Origin: Amphiscolops sp. MND2022
Lineage: Eukaryota
Assembly (NCBI GenBank): GCA_964187785.1
Contig: OZ076409.1
Coordinates: 7,008,001 to 7,072,000 of the forward strand
Reading direction: 5' to 3'
DNA length: 64,000 nt
This document shows, in pieces, positions 13,501 through 24,400 of the stretch (position 1 is its first letter; every line of letters begins with the position of its first letter). The notes below the pieces were generated by a model. That model made no database searches. It was given only the letters and a program-made list of their open reading frames with translations, and had not been told where the DNA came from. The translations under genes and the position numbers were made by a program.

Positions 13501-16500
13501 CTTTCGATTTTTTCCGGCATTGTGCGACTTTTTTTCGAAAATTTTTTAATGTCTCAAAAGAGTCCCCCTTTCGAGTTTTTTGATATTTTGCAACAGAATA
13601 TATGTTAATAAAGCCCAAAGGGTCCCCCTTTTACATTTTTCGGCACTAAGCGACATTTTCTGAACGAAAAAAAATCAAAAATTTCAAGTTTTTTTTAAAA
13701 AAGTCTTTGCGCTTTTTGAGCCTTAGATATAGCGCCGACTTTAGATGTTCCCGTCTTGTTTATCATGGAATTTTTGAAGAGAACCTGGTCTGAATTCAGT
13801 CGAAATGAATTTATCACAGAGGGAGGGATGATCAAAACACCTGTGTTCGTGCTGATTTGATTCAGAGGCGTCGTATTCCGAAGGCGGAGTGATCTAAGAA
13901 TATCTAATGGAGTGTCAATAAAAACTTCACAATTCTCTCAGCAGGTCTGAAAGTCAAGTCAAGAGATTACCCGCCAAGCCTAGGCTTTCTTTGCGTCCCA
14001 AATATTGCCCCCAAGGTGAGAAACTTTGAACTGAACAAACTTACCCATTCATTGACCTGGTAGGAATGGGCGTGATTTAGGAAATCTCCCTTTTCTTTTC
14101 AAAGTCAATGTTGAAATGTCCGTGCTGTGAAAATGAATTAAAATTATCATAATACTCACAACCGAATAAATTCCTCCTGAAAGATAAAATCCAAATTCTC
14201 TAAATTTCAATTAACCTGTTCGCGGTGCAGATTGTAATTGGCTTTGTGAGCTAGATCCATCCAATAATAAGATTTTGAGGTTCACAATTTTGGCGACTTG
14301 TAGTTTTTTTGCACTAAAACATGATTTCATTTATAATTTCATTTTCCATTCACAAATCATTCATAACAAAGTTCATCATTTTGTCAATCCGTTCTCACTT
14401 TGCGCTTGTGAAATATTGGTTACCAGACAAAAGCGTCCAAAAAAAACGGAGTCAAAAGCGCCCAAAATACGCAGTCAAAAGCGCAGTCAAATTGATATAG
14501 TTCGTTCAGAAATGCCAAATTAGCCGTTCGAGTCGCTTTCAATTGAGATTTGTTAGGTGTGAAAATATCAAGTCTGGCATTCCAAGTGAGTTAACTTTGT
14601 ATTTGAACACCTTCAATTAAGCTTCATTAGAGGCGGTGAAATCAACTCAGAAATTAGTAAGACGTTTTGCATGAAGGCGCTTTTGACTGGGGCGCTTACG
14701 ACTGTGTAAAATGGGCGCTTTTGTCTGTACACGGAAATATTACATTGTTGGCTCATTTTTATTTTCGGCAGTCATTTTTGGCCGACAGCGCTATTGGCCG
14801 ACTGTGCAATTATTGACCGGCAAAATAATTTCAGAACAGCGGAATCTTACAATGGACTTTACATTTTGAAAAGAATTAAATTAGGTTTTCATAGGATGAG
14901 GAAATTGACCTGATTTTGATTCGAAATGATCTAATTTGTTTTGTTCCCATTTAAATGAAAAATAGATGTGTTCGCAAACAATTTTTCATGCACATATAGC
15001 TTTTGATTAGATGCGAATTACAGTTACATAGCAAAATTGAGAATATTTTCGCTGATATCCAAGCATATTCAATCGGGTCAGCTAACTGCACAGTCGGCCA
15101 GTTGAGCGAGCGGTCGGCCGATTACACTGCCGCCGTCATTTTTGTCAATTTCATTTGCGACATCGCACAGAGGGATGAACTTAATAAGGTAATGAAAAGT
15201 CTAGTTAAACGGGGAAGTAATTTTGGCGGATACCATGAGAATTCGAAATGACTTGCATCCAAGCTTGAGACTCAAATCCCTTTGTGGGTTAGGACGGATT
15301 TTTTTAAACGGTCCTTCTGCAATTCTACACCGTCTAATTCCGTTGTTTGATGGTTAATTTATGTACAGTGCGCTTTTTCTGGACTAATCATGAAGCATCC
15401 TATTTCACCGTAACGTTGCTTTTTTAAAACTGATCCAATTAAAATTGAAAATACAGTACTGTAGTTAAGAAATCATTTTTTAGACAAGATTTGCTCAAAA
15501 AATTGGCTGAACTTTTTGAAAAACATCCGAATTAAAAGTTTCTCGAAATTTCATCTAGTTCACATTGGTATTTTGAAAAAAATTGAGACAAAATTTGAGA
15601 AAGGTACGAATGGCTGATTTTGAGCAAAATTGTGACTTTTTGCCGTTCTTCCAATTTTGACTGCTTTATCCACAGTTTTTTGGCAAGTTTTATGCCCAAT
15701 TAATTCCCATAAATCCACTGAATCCGTGAATGTATTCTGATTCAGTTTTAATTGGCTGAGAACGTCATATGGAGCCGATTTGTTGTTCACAGTATTTTAA
15801 GCCAGTGCTGTAAAGGCGCTTTAGCTTAATCGGGAAAGTGCTAGATTTCTAAGCGTAAGGTCAATGGTTCGAACCTCGCTATTAGCCGATCTTTGATGTA
15901 AAGGATGTTAAGGTGTTTTCTTCATGAATAAAACAATTTTAAAAAACTTTTTCAGACACTTCTTCACAGTTGTTTATGGTCTAGTTTCTGACTGTTCAAT
16001 TTGTTTGGTATTTTTTGTTCACAGACCATAACGCCTCGTGTGAAAGATGATATCTGGAAAAATTCAATAAAGTGAATGACTTTCATGCTTTATATTCCTT
16101 TGTTAAATTTTTGTACCACGAAATATTTAGCAACAAATTAAAAACCGGTGTGAAAACGACACAATTGTTTTACAAAATAGTCTTCCCAAGAGGAAAAAAC
16201 AATAAAATACAAAAAACAGTTTATTTCGTTAAAAACATGTTTAAAACGTTTCTCGTGAAAAGAAAACTGTATAATTAACAACCTTTGATTTAAGCTTGAA
16301 AAGGCGCTATTGCCTAATCGGTAGAATGCTAGATTTCTCAACGTAAGGTCAAGGGTTCGAACCTCGGTATTAGCCGATCTTTTATTTAAGCTCGAACCTG
16401 GACGAGTCGAAGTTAGACGTGCAGCAACAGCCGAAAAGCAGACAACTCAGTGTGGACATGACTGTTCTGGACTCGGAAGTTTCCCCCCGTCGCAAACCCC

Positions 16501-17343
16501 CCCGAGTAGCGCTGCTGAAGAAAGCCCTTACGGGCGTGGACCTTCACCCCGATCGTACGAACAACGGGGGAGGCTCCAATGACCGGGAAACTTCTGCCCT
16601 GAATCAAGGTTGTCAAGGTGTTTTATTCATGAATAAAACAAGAAAAAAACACGAATGAAATTTTAAAAAACACCATTTTTTCCTGTTTTTTTTCAGAGCG
16701 AAAAATTGAGATTAGACTTGAAAAAATGTCACCGCCGTTTTTGGGGAACAGAAACCATTCCTAATTTCAAGGACCCCTTTTTATAATCACTGAGACAAAA
16801 TTTCTGGTAATCGAAATATTTGGCAACAAATGAAAAACCGTTGTGCATAACACATTGTTTTCAACGGTAGTTTTCCCATGAGAAAAAAATCTAAAATACA
16901 AAGAAACAGTATATTTCGTTCAAAAACTTGTTTAAAATCTTTTTCGTGAAACAAACTGTATAATTAACAACCTTGCCCTGAACCTTGCAGCTGCGCCCAT
17001 CAACGTGACCCCGGGCGGAATGCTGAAACCGAGGACCTCGTTACGACAGAAACGAGTGACGTTCACCTTGTTTTTCGTCTGTTCCATCTTCATCGCTGTC
17101 ACCCTACCCTTCACCCTGGTCGAGATCCTCTCCTATGCACCCCCCATCTTCAATGCCAAACCCATCGTTGTCTATGAACTGAAACTGGTCACTTACTTGG
17201 TGTATTGTATCAATTTTGTAGTCAACCCCTTCATCTATTTCTTCGGAAACACTTTCTACCGCAAGGAACTCTTTGAGTTGATTAACAATTCCTTCTTCTG
17301 TGGAAAATGTAAGCTGTTACTCCCTCAAAACTCGGTTGCTTGA
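10557..17343 (+). CDS. Class A (rhodopsin-like) orphan GPCR, spliced: join(10557..11068,11553..11809,12274..12586,16391..16608,16991..17343), 550 aa
   Basis: Exon 1 has N-glycosylation-rich N-terminus, TM1 GMLGN, TM2 SIASVDF, TM3 SFNRYIAV, TM4; exon 2 has TM5; exon 5 has TM6 FIAVTLPF and TM7 NFVVNPFIY (NPxxY). GT..AG introns with compatible phases 2/1/2/1; total 1653 nt divisible by 3. Start codon and exact junctions are not confirmed by transcripts. Confidence 0.88.
11070..11545. mobile_element. hAT-like MITE forming GPCR intron 1
   Basis: 18-bp perfect TIR TAGTGTTCAATACTGAAA / TTTCAGTATTGAACACTA; 8-bp TSD acactagg (11062-69) / acgctagg (11546-53); internal (AAACTG)n repeats; nested HINE fragment ~11245-11463. 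Confidence 0.9.
11812..12258. mobile_element. hAT-like MITE forming GPCR intron 2
   Basis: TIR TAGTGAATTGACTCG / CGTGTCAATTCACTG; TSD ccggaggt (11804-11) / ccgggggt (12259-66); sibling copy at 42026-42720; nested HINE-C ~11862-12110. Confidence 0.88.
13251..13760 (+). mobile_element. HINE-A copy (GPCR intron 3)
   Basis: Same 5' and 3' termini. Confidence 0.75.
15454..15800. mobile_element. Tc1/mariner-type MITE, relative of 2092-2404
   Basis: TA|CAGTACTGT start; interior matches the reverse complement of 2092-2404; right end approximate. Confidence 0.7.
15815..15887 (+). pseudogene. tRNA-like sequence (second copy 16303-16375)
   Basis: TAGCTTAATCGG A-box-like, GGTTCGAACC B-box; stems degenerate. 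Confidence 0.6.
15900..16286. mobile_element. Sibling copy of the intron-4 MITE, inside intron 3
   Basis: Shares start aaggatgttaaggtgttttcttcatgaataaaacaa and end aaactgtataattaacaacctt with 16605-16975. Confidence 0.8.
16605..16975. mobile_element. TIR MITE (CAAGG termini, superfamily uncertain) forming GPCR intron 4
   Basis: TIR CAAGGTTGT / ACAACCTTG; TSD ccctgaat (16597-604) / ccctgaac (16976-83); sibling copy at ~15900-16286. Confidence 0.82.
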
Positions 17344-17660
17344 ATTTCGAATGTAAATTGTCGGCACCTGCGAATATTTGGAAAATGTTTTCAGTTTAAT
17401 CAGTTTTTTTGGAATTCAGTCAGTATTCAAAGAATCGAAATATAGCAACTTGGAATGCTTGTGGAATTTTCGAATCGGGTGCCTAATTGATAATTGTCCA
17501 ATTGAGATTGACGTATTTTAGATGTTTGTTATGCTAATTTGTATTGCTATCAAATATTTCATGAAAAAAAGTTTAGTTTGGAGTTGATTTTTTTTTGCTG
17601 AAAGTGACTTGATGTGGGGCCATATCAATCGATTCACACCTAGTCGAACCAGGTAGACTA

Positions 17661-18126
17661 TTTTTAGTCGGCGCTTCGTGAAGTGAAACGTGACTCTAAT
17701 AGTGACTTTTTTCAATCCACACGAACTGACCAAAATAGTTTTGCAAATATTTAAGGGGCCAAATGGTACCATTTGGCCCATGGAACTGAACTAAAATAAT
17801 TGTTCTTTTTTAGCGTAACATATAATACCGGACGAGACTAAAGGTTTCCCCTTTCGATTTTCTTTCGGCTCTGTGACTTTCTCGAAAATTTTTAAGGTCT
17901 TCAAAGGGTCCTCCTTTTACATTTTCGGCACTATGAGACTGTTCAAAATTCTCATTTTTCGTTTTTTTCGATACTTTTTAAATGCAACAGAATGGATGTT
18001 AAAAAATCCCAAAGGGTCCCCTTGCTTTTCTCGGGTACTGTGAAGGAGACTATTTGACACTTTGAAGTCCTTTTGCTGTTTTTGAGCTTTAAGCGGGGCG
18101 CCGACTGATGCCGTTCCCGGCTTGTT
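17661..18126 (+). mobile_element. HINE-A copy
   Basis: Same termini. Confidence 0.72.
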
Positions 18127-18866
18127 TGTTAATCGCGAGGTGACTTGCGTACTTTCTTTCACGCCTTGGGTCTCTGGAGTGTCTAACCGGTCTCGTTTCC
18201 AAATGACTTCAGAAACAAAGCGGGAATTTTTGGGCTGACTAGGTTTATTGTTGGGAATTTTAATTGAATCACGGCCAAGCATTGTTGAAATAATGGTGAA
18301 GAGTTAGTGCATTAATTTATCAACTTTGAAGGTAATTTGATTACGTAAGAAACAATCGACGATCTACTTTGCTATGGTCTCTTTACAGTCTGTTGTGGGG
18401 ATTTTCCCTGATCTAAATGACGCCTTGTCTCGGACGTTCAACCTTAACCGGTATGCAGTTTTGGGCGTCTTTTAATGGCTTCCTGATTTCGCAAATTTTT
18501 TGCCATTTAATTCGAGCGATTCATGCTGACTTCCGCTAAATTTTGCTCCTTTTTATGCAATTACAGAATAAACCAATTTGACGTGTATAAAAGTACTCGT
18601 TATTTTAAGTATAACATTCGAAATTTCGTGTATGTAACAGTAGGTATTGGGAGATACCATACATACCGTAAACGCTACATATAAAGTTTATTTACGTAAA
18701 ATATTCTTGAAGAAAAAAGAGCAGAGATGCTTAACCCTCTTCTGCATTTTGTTACCTAAATGTAACGAAGCCCCGGACGTACACTATAATTCATATTACA
18801 AACATTGCGTCATCGCGCATGAACAAATTCCGAGCTGTGAGCTACAATCTTATTTGATCTAATTTC

Positions 18867-19275
18867 GGAACTTTTTCCTTCCTCCCCACACTTTTCAAGA
18901 TGTTGTTTTTGCAATTAATTATATCTCAATTGCGTTTCCAATGAAACAGTTCAGTTTTAAATTTATTCTCAGGGTGAGAGTTTAGGATTCAGATACAAAC
19001 TTTCTTCAGACTTTTTCCCTATGTAGTTACGCATTTTTGATGAAGAAATCAACAGCTTCCTGTTTTGAGTCATCAATAAACACTCAATACGAACATAATT
19101 AGTCAAATTGTGTGAACAATGTTTTGTTCAAGTGGAAAACTACTCTAATAGTGTGGAGACAACAAAACTAAGGAAAAGACTTTTTCGAAGAAATATTGAA
19201 TGATATAGTCAAATATAATCCTTTATGTTGAGTTTGTTTTCTTTAAAAAAATGTGTGGGGGGAAGGAAAAAAGCC
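18867..19275. mobile_element. GG-ended MITE, diverged copy
   Basis: Shares internal core with 6001-6410; perfect 8-bp TSD ctaatttc. Confidence 0.82.
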
Positions 19276-20439
19276 CTAATTTCTTGCTGCAAATTAATTT
19301 CATGTATGTGTATTGTACCTTGAATGTAACATTGAGCCAATCATCGGCTCGACTGTATTTCACTTTTCCACTAAAATGTTTCATAATCTCGTACTATGGA
19401 AATGTAATAGTTTCTTTACCTTACATCCAGCTAAAACTGTTTAAAGGACTTTCATACCATATATATTGTAAAATCTCGTTTTCAGATGCCAAACGTGTCA
19501 GAAATGAAATGAAAGTGATTGACATGGTTTTCGTTGTCCAGTTCACTGTTACATTTAGGTAACGTGTCAAAATTGTAAAATTGTATACTGAGACTTCAAA
19601 TCTGAAAAAAAGGCATAATCATATGAGAAAATGGTCTACCACCAGCTTGTTGAAAGGATTAATTAATTTTTTCGATGGTTTTCAAACTTCATGAAGAAGA
19701 GGGTTAAATCCAAAAAGCAATTTCGACCAATTTGTTCAAAGTATTACGCCGATTGGAAGTCCTCAAGCCACATAAATTAATTTTTCAAGAGCAGCAGATG
19801 AAGCCGGGTAAATTAACCGACAAACGGTTCATAGCGCGTTCGAAAGAAGACAATCAGGGCTTTCAATCTGATTTTTGAACTGGCTCCGAACTTTGCGCCA
19901 AAACTTTGCACGCTTCGTATCTCTGATTTCATTTCAGCATGTTTCAAAACATGCTAGGGTTACTCTGACCCAATATTGATACCAGTGTGGTAAAAAGGCC
20001 AGAAACGAAAACTGGAAAGCGGAAAATCTGCGCTCAATTTGTTTTTGATTTTTTGGTCCCATTTCCATGATTCCGGAAACATGCCAATATTCCGTGAAAA
20101 GGCATGCAATGGTATATGGCAAATATTATTCAAGAATTTTTTTCACCATACGGTCAGCTAGTGCGTTGAGAAGTTCGCCGAAATTAACTGGTACGAAATC
20201 GTACCATGGTCCATTTAGGGTTAAAGCTTCCAAAACTTTATGAATAAATTCATGACATTCGGAAAATTTAAAATAATTTGCCGAATATGAAATACCATCA
20301 AGTTTTAGTGAGTTTTGAAGCTTCTAAGAACGTATCAAGAGGCTCCCTCCTGTGAATCGATCCAAATTTTTTGTTATTAAGTTCGTCCAAAACAATTCGT
20401 CCATTTTTTTTGCATTTTTTACAATAGGTGTATCGTTTT

Positions 20440-20726
20440 TGCACATGACGAAGTCAATGTGCATTGCAGTCCAGCTAAGTAAGTTTTTTTCCACAATAGT
20501 CAACTTCATAATGAGCGCCTTTTAGAAAAAAGCCAAAACCCAGAGAGATTCGAACCTGCAGCCTCCCGATTGCACGGCATAAGTGTTGACCACTGTGCCA
20601 TAGGGACGTTATTGAACAAAGTTGAACTGTTGAATATATACGCATGCGATTAAAATAATATATATACGCATATTAAAATAATCGATGTCTTCGTCATGTG
20701 TTGCGAAGCACCGCTTCGCCTGTGTG
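20440..20726 (+). mobile_element. HINE-B with internal antisense tRNA-like module (copies ~23131-23419, ~28372-28664)
   Basis: Subterminal inverted repeat CACATGACGAAG / CTTCGTCATGTG followed by hairpin GCGAAGC-ACC-GCTTCGC. Confidence 0.68.
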
Positions 20727-21070
20727 TCAATTGAAACATTCACAGACATAGAAGCATCAAAATACTGATCTATAGCTTGAGCTATAGTTTCCGCTCGACG
20801 TTCGACATTTTGATGACATTCTGAGTAAATGACAGTTTGACATTCGTGTCCATTTTCCCAATAGTTGTCGTTTAGCAATGTTTGCAGTTGGTGTGCACAA
20901 AGTCCGCCACGGAGACAACGCGTAGGCGTGAAATGATTTTGGAAACTTACGTTGAAATACACTCCAAATAATCTTCGATAGAATTCCATTCCGAGCGATT
21001 AATCGGTTAATCGAAATACCGATCAACCTTCGAACATCCCTAATTCTCGCCAATCAAATTGCGACATGAT

Positions 21071-21470
21071 CAGGGCTGTTTGAAAAAAAACATGAGGTGT
21101 TTAAAACATTGTTTTAAACAGTTGTTTTTTAAATAAAAAATACACATTTGTATATTTCTTGGGAGCCCAGTCATTTTGCGGAAAGTTTGGCTAAGCACTT
21201 GTCCCCTGTACCGAAGACCTACTTACTCTCTGTCCGTCAAGTGCGGGATCAGAAAGAATTTTCAGTACCATGGGGTGGATCCACGATGACTTGAGGAATT
21301 GAAACTGTGGAAAAACTTACATTTTGCGCAAAAATTTGAGAAAACAATTTTTGTTGCATAAGTTTGTTTTTGAAAAAATACATTTTTGTACTTAAAACAA
21401 GTGTATTTTTTAAATGAAAAAACGTTTAAAACGTTTTTATTTTGAAAAAAGTGGTTTTTTTGCAGCCCTG
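21071..21470. mobile_element. hAT MITE (copy 23764-24164 in the tandem duplicate)
   Basis: TIR CAGGGCTG / CAGCCCTG; perfect 8-bp TSD gacatgat. Confidence 0.88.
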
Positions 21471-24400
21471 GACATGATTGCATTTCCTTGTTTTTCTGAC
21501 TGTTTGAATGTATAAAACATGAAGCAGAAGCCATGCACAAAACTACTGAAGAGACTGTTTCTCATGGAATTCAACTGCCTTTTCTTGTCAGTCATTGAAA
21601 ATTTTTGACTATCTTTCGGAGATCATTGACTATCACTTGTTACGCCGTTTCTCGATTCCGTTCGAGCAAATGTTCCGAATTGAAAAGAATCTTTAAGCCA
21701 ATTACACTGCAGATAAGTATCCCAATAAAATGATGTACTGCTTTTTTCTGTTTGCCCATCTATTCTAACTTCATAATTATCCATCTTTTTGACTTATTCA
21801 AGCTCATTTGACTTATTTTTTTTCATTGTTTTGATATGAAATCGTTATACGACATCAAGTCTGCTGCATTTATAGCCAAAAAATAAAAGGTTTGCCAATT
21901 AGTCCTAATGATATTACTTTTTGTGGATCCCTATTGTCTTCCGTTGAAAAGATTCCTTGAAGTGAGTGCAACCGTAGAGCATGAATTGCTCCCTTTGTGA
22001 AAAAATATACCTTTTTGGTATAAGATGTATTATTTCACATACAAGTATTTCACTTTTCCACTAAAATGTTTCATAATCTCGTACTATGGAAATGTAATAG
22101 TTTCTTTACCTTACATCCAGCTAAAACTGTTTAAAGGACTTTCATACCATATATATTGTAAAATCTCGTTTTCAGATGCCAAACGTGTCAGAAATGAAAT
22201 GAAAGTGATTGACATGGTTTTCGTTGTCCAGTTCACTGTTACATTTAGGTAACGTGTCAAAATTGTAAAATTGTATACTGAGACTTCAAATCTGAAAAAA
22301 AGGCATAATCATATGAGAAAATGGTCTACCACCAGCTTGTTGAAAGGATTAATTAATTTTTTCGATGGTTTTCAAACTTCATGAAGAAGAGGGTTAAATC
22401 CAAAAAGCAATTTCGACCAATTTGTTCAAAGTATTACGCCGATTGGAAGTCCTCAAGCCACATAAATTAATTTTTCAAGAGCAGCAGATGAAGCCGGGTA
22501 AATTAACCGACAAACGGTTCATAGCGCGTTCGAAAGAAGACAATCAGGGCTTTCAATCTGATTTTTGAACTGGCTCCGAACTTTGCGCCAAAACTTTGCA
22601 CGCTTCGTATCTCTGATTTCATTTCAGCATGTTTCAAAACATGCTAGGGTTACTCTGACCCAATATTGATACCAGTGGGGTAAAAAGGCCAGAAACGAAA
22701 ACTGGAAAGCGGAAAATCTGCGCTCAATTTGTTTTTGATTTTTTGGTCCCATTTCCATGATTCCGGAAACATGCCAATATTCCGTGAAAAGGCATGCAAT
22801 GGTATATGGCAAATATTATTCAAGAATTTTTTTCACAATACGGTCAGCTAGTGCGTTGAGAAGTTCGCCGAAATTAACTGGTACGAAATCGTACCATGGT
22901 CCATTTAGGGTTAAAGCTTCCAAAACTTTATGAATAAATTCATGACATTCGGAAAATTTAAAATAATTTGCCGAATATGAAATACCATCAAGTTTTAGTG
23001 AGTTTTGAAGCTTCTAAGAACGTATCAAGGGGCTCCCTCCTGTGAATCGATCCAAATTTTTTGTTATTAAGTTCGTCCAAAACAATTCGTCCAATTTTTT
23101 TTTGCATTTTTTACAATAGGTGTATCGTTTTTGCACATGACGAAGTCAATGTGCATTGCAGTCCAGCTAAGTAAGTTTTTTTCCACAATAGTCAACTTCA
23201 TAATGATCGCCTTTTAGAAAAAAGCCAAAACCCCAGAGAGATTCGAACCTGCAGCCTCCCGATTGCACGGCATAAGTGTTGACCACTGTGCCATAGGGAC
23301 GTTATTGAACAAAGTTGAACTGTTGAATATATACGCATGCGATTAAAATAATATATATACGCATATTAAAATAATCGATGTCTTCGTCATGTGTTGCGAA
23401 GCACCGCTTCGCCTGTGTGTCAATTGAAACATTCACAGACATAGAAGCATCAAAATACTGATCTATAGCTTGAGCTATAGTTTCCGCTCGACGTTCGACA
23501 TTTTGATGACATTCTGAGTAAATGACAGTTTGACATTCGTGTCCATTTTCCCAATAGTTGTCGTTTAGCAATGTTTGCAGTTGGTGTGCACAAAGTCCGC
23601 CACGGAGACAACGCGTAGGCGTGAAATGATTTTGGAAACTTACGTTGAAATACACTCCAAATAATCTTCGATAGAATTCCATTCCGAGCGATTAATCGGT
23701 TAATCGAAATACCGATCAACCTTCGAACATCCCTAATTCTCGCCAATCAAATTGCGACATGATCAGGGCTGTTTGAAAAAAAACATGAGGTGTTTAAAAC
23801 ATTGTTTTAAACAGTTGTTTTTTAAATAAAAAATACACATTTGTATATTTCTTGGGAGCCCAGTCATTTTGCGGAAAGTTTGGCTAAGCACTTGTCCCCT
23901 GTACCGAAGACCTACTTACTCTCTGTCCGTCAAGTGCGGGATCAGAAAGAATTTTCAGTACCATGGGGTGGATCCACGATGACTTGAGGAATTGAAACTG
24001 TGGAAAAACTTACATTTTGCGCAAAAATTTGAGAAAACAATTTTTGTTGCATAAGTTTGTTTTTGAAAAAATACATTTTTGTACTTAAAACAAGTGTATT
24101 TTTTAAATGAAAAAACGTTTAAAACGTTTTTATTTTGAAAAAAAGCGGTTTTTTTGCAGCCCTGGACATGATTGCATTTCCTTGTTTTTCTGACTGTTTG
24201 AATGTATAAAACATGAAGCAGAAGCCATGCACAAAACTACTGAAGAGACTGTTTCTCATGGAATTCAACTGCCTTTTCTTGTCAGTCATTGAAAATTTTT
24301 GACTATCTTTCGGAGATCATTGACTATCACTTGTTACGCCGTTTCTCGATTCCGTTCGAGCAAATGTTCCGAATTGAAGAGAATGTTTAAGCCAATTACA

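Noticed and set aside
12587..16390. Intron 3 as a single TIR element
   Set aside because: Canonical GTAAGT donor; no TIR or TSD pairing between the two ends.
20609..21053. Duplicated ORFs of 126 and 98 aa
   Set aside because: No recognisable motifs, the longer one overlaps a repeat; recurrence is due to the tandem duplication.
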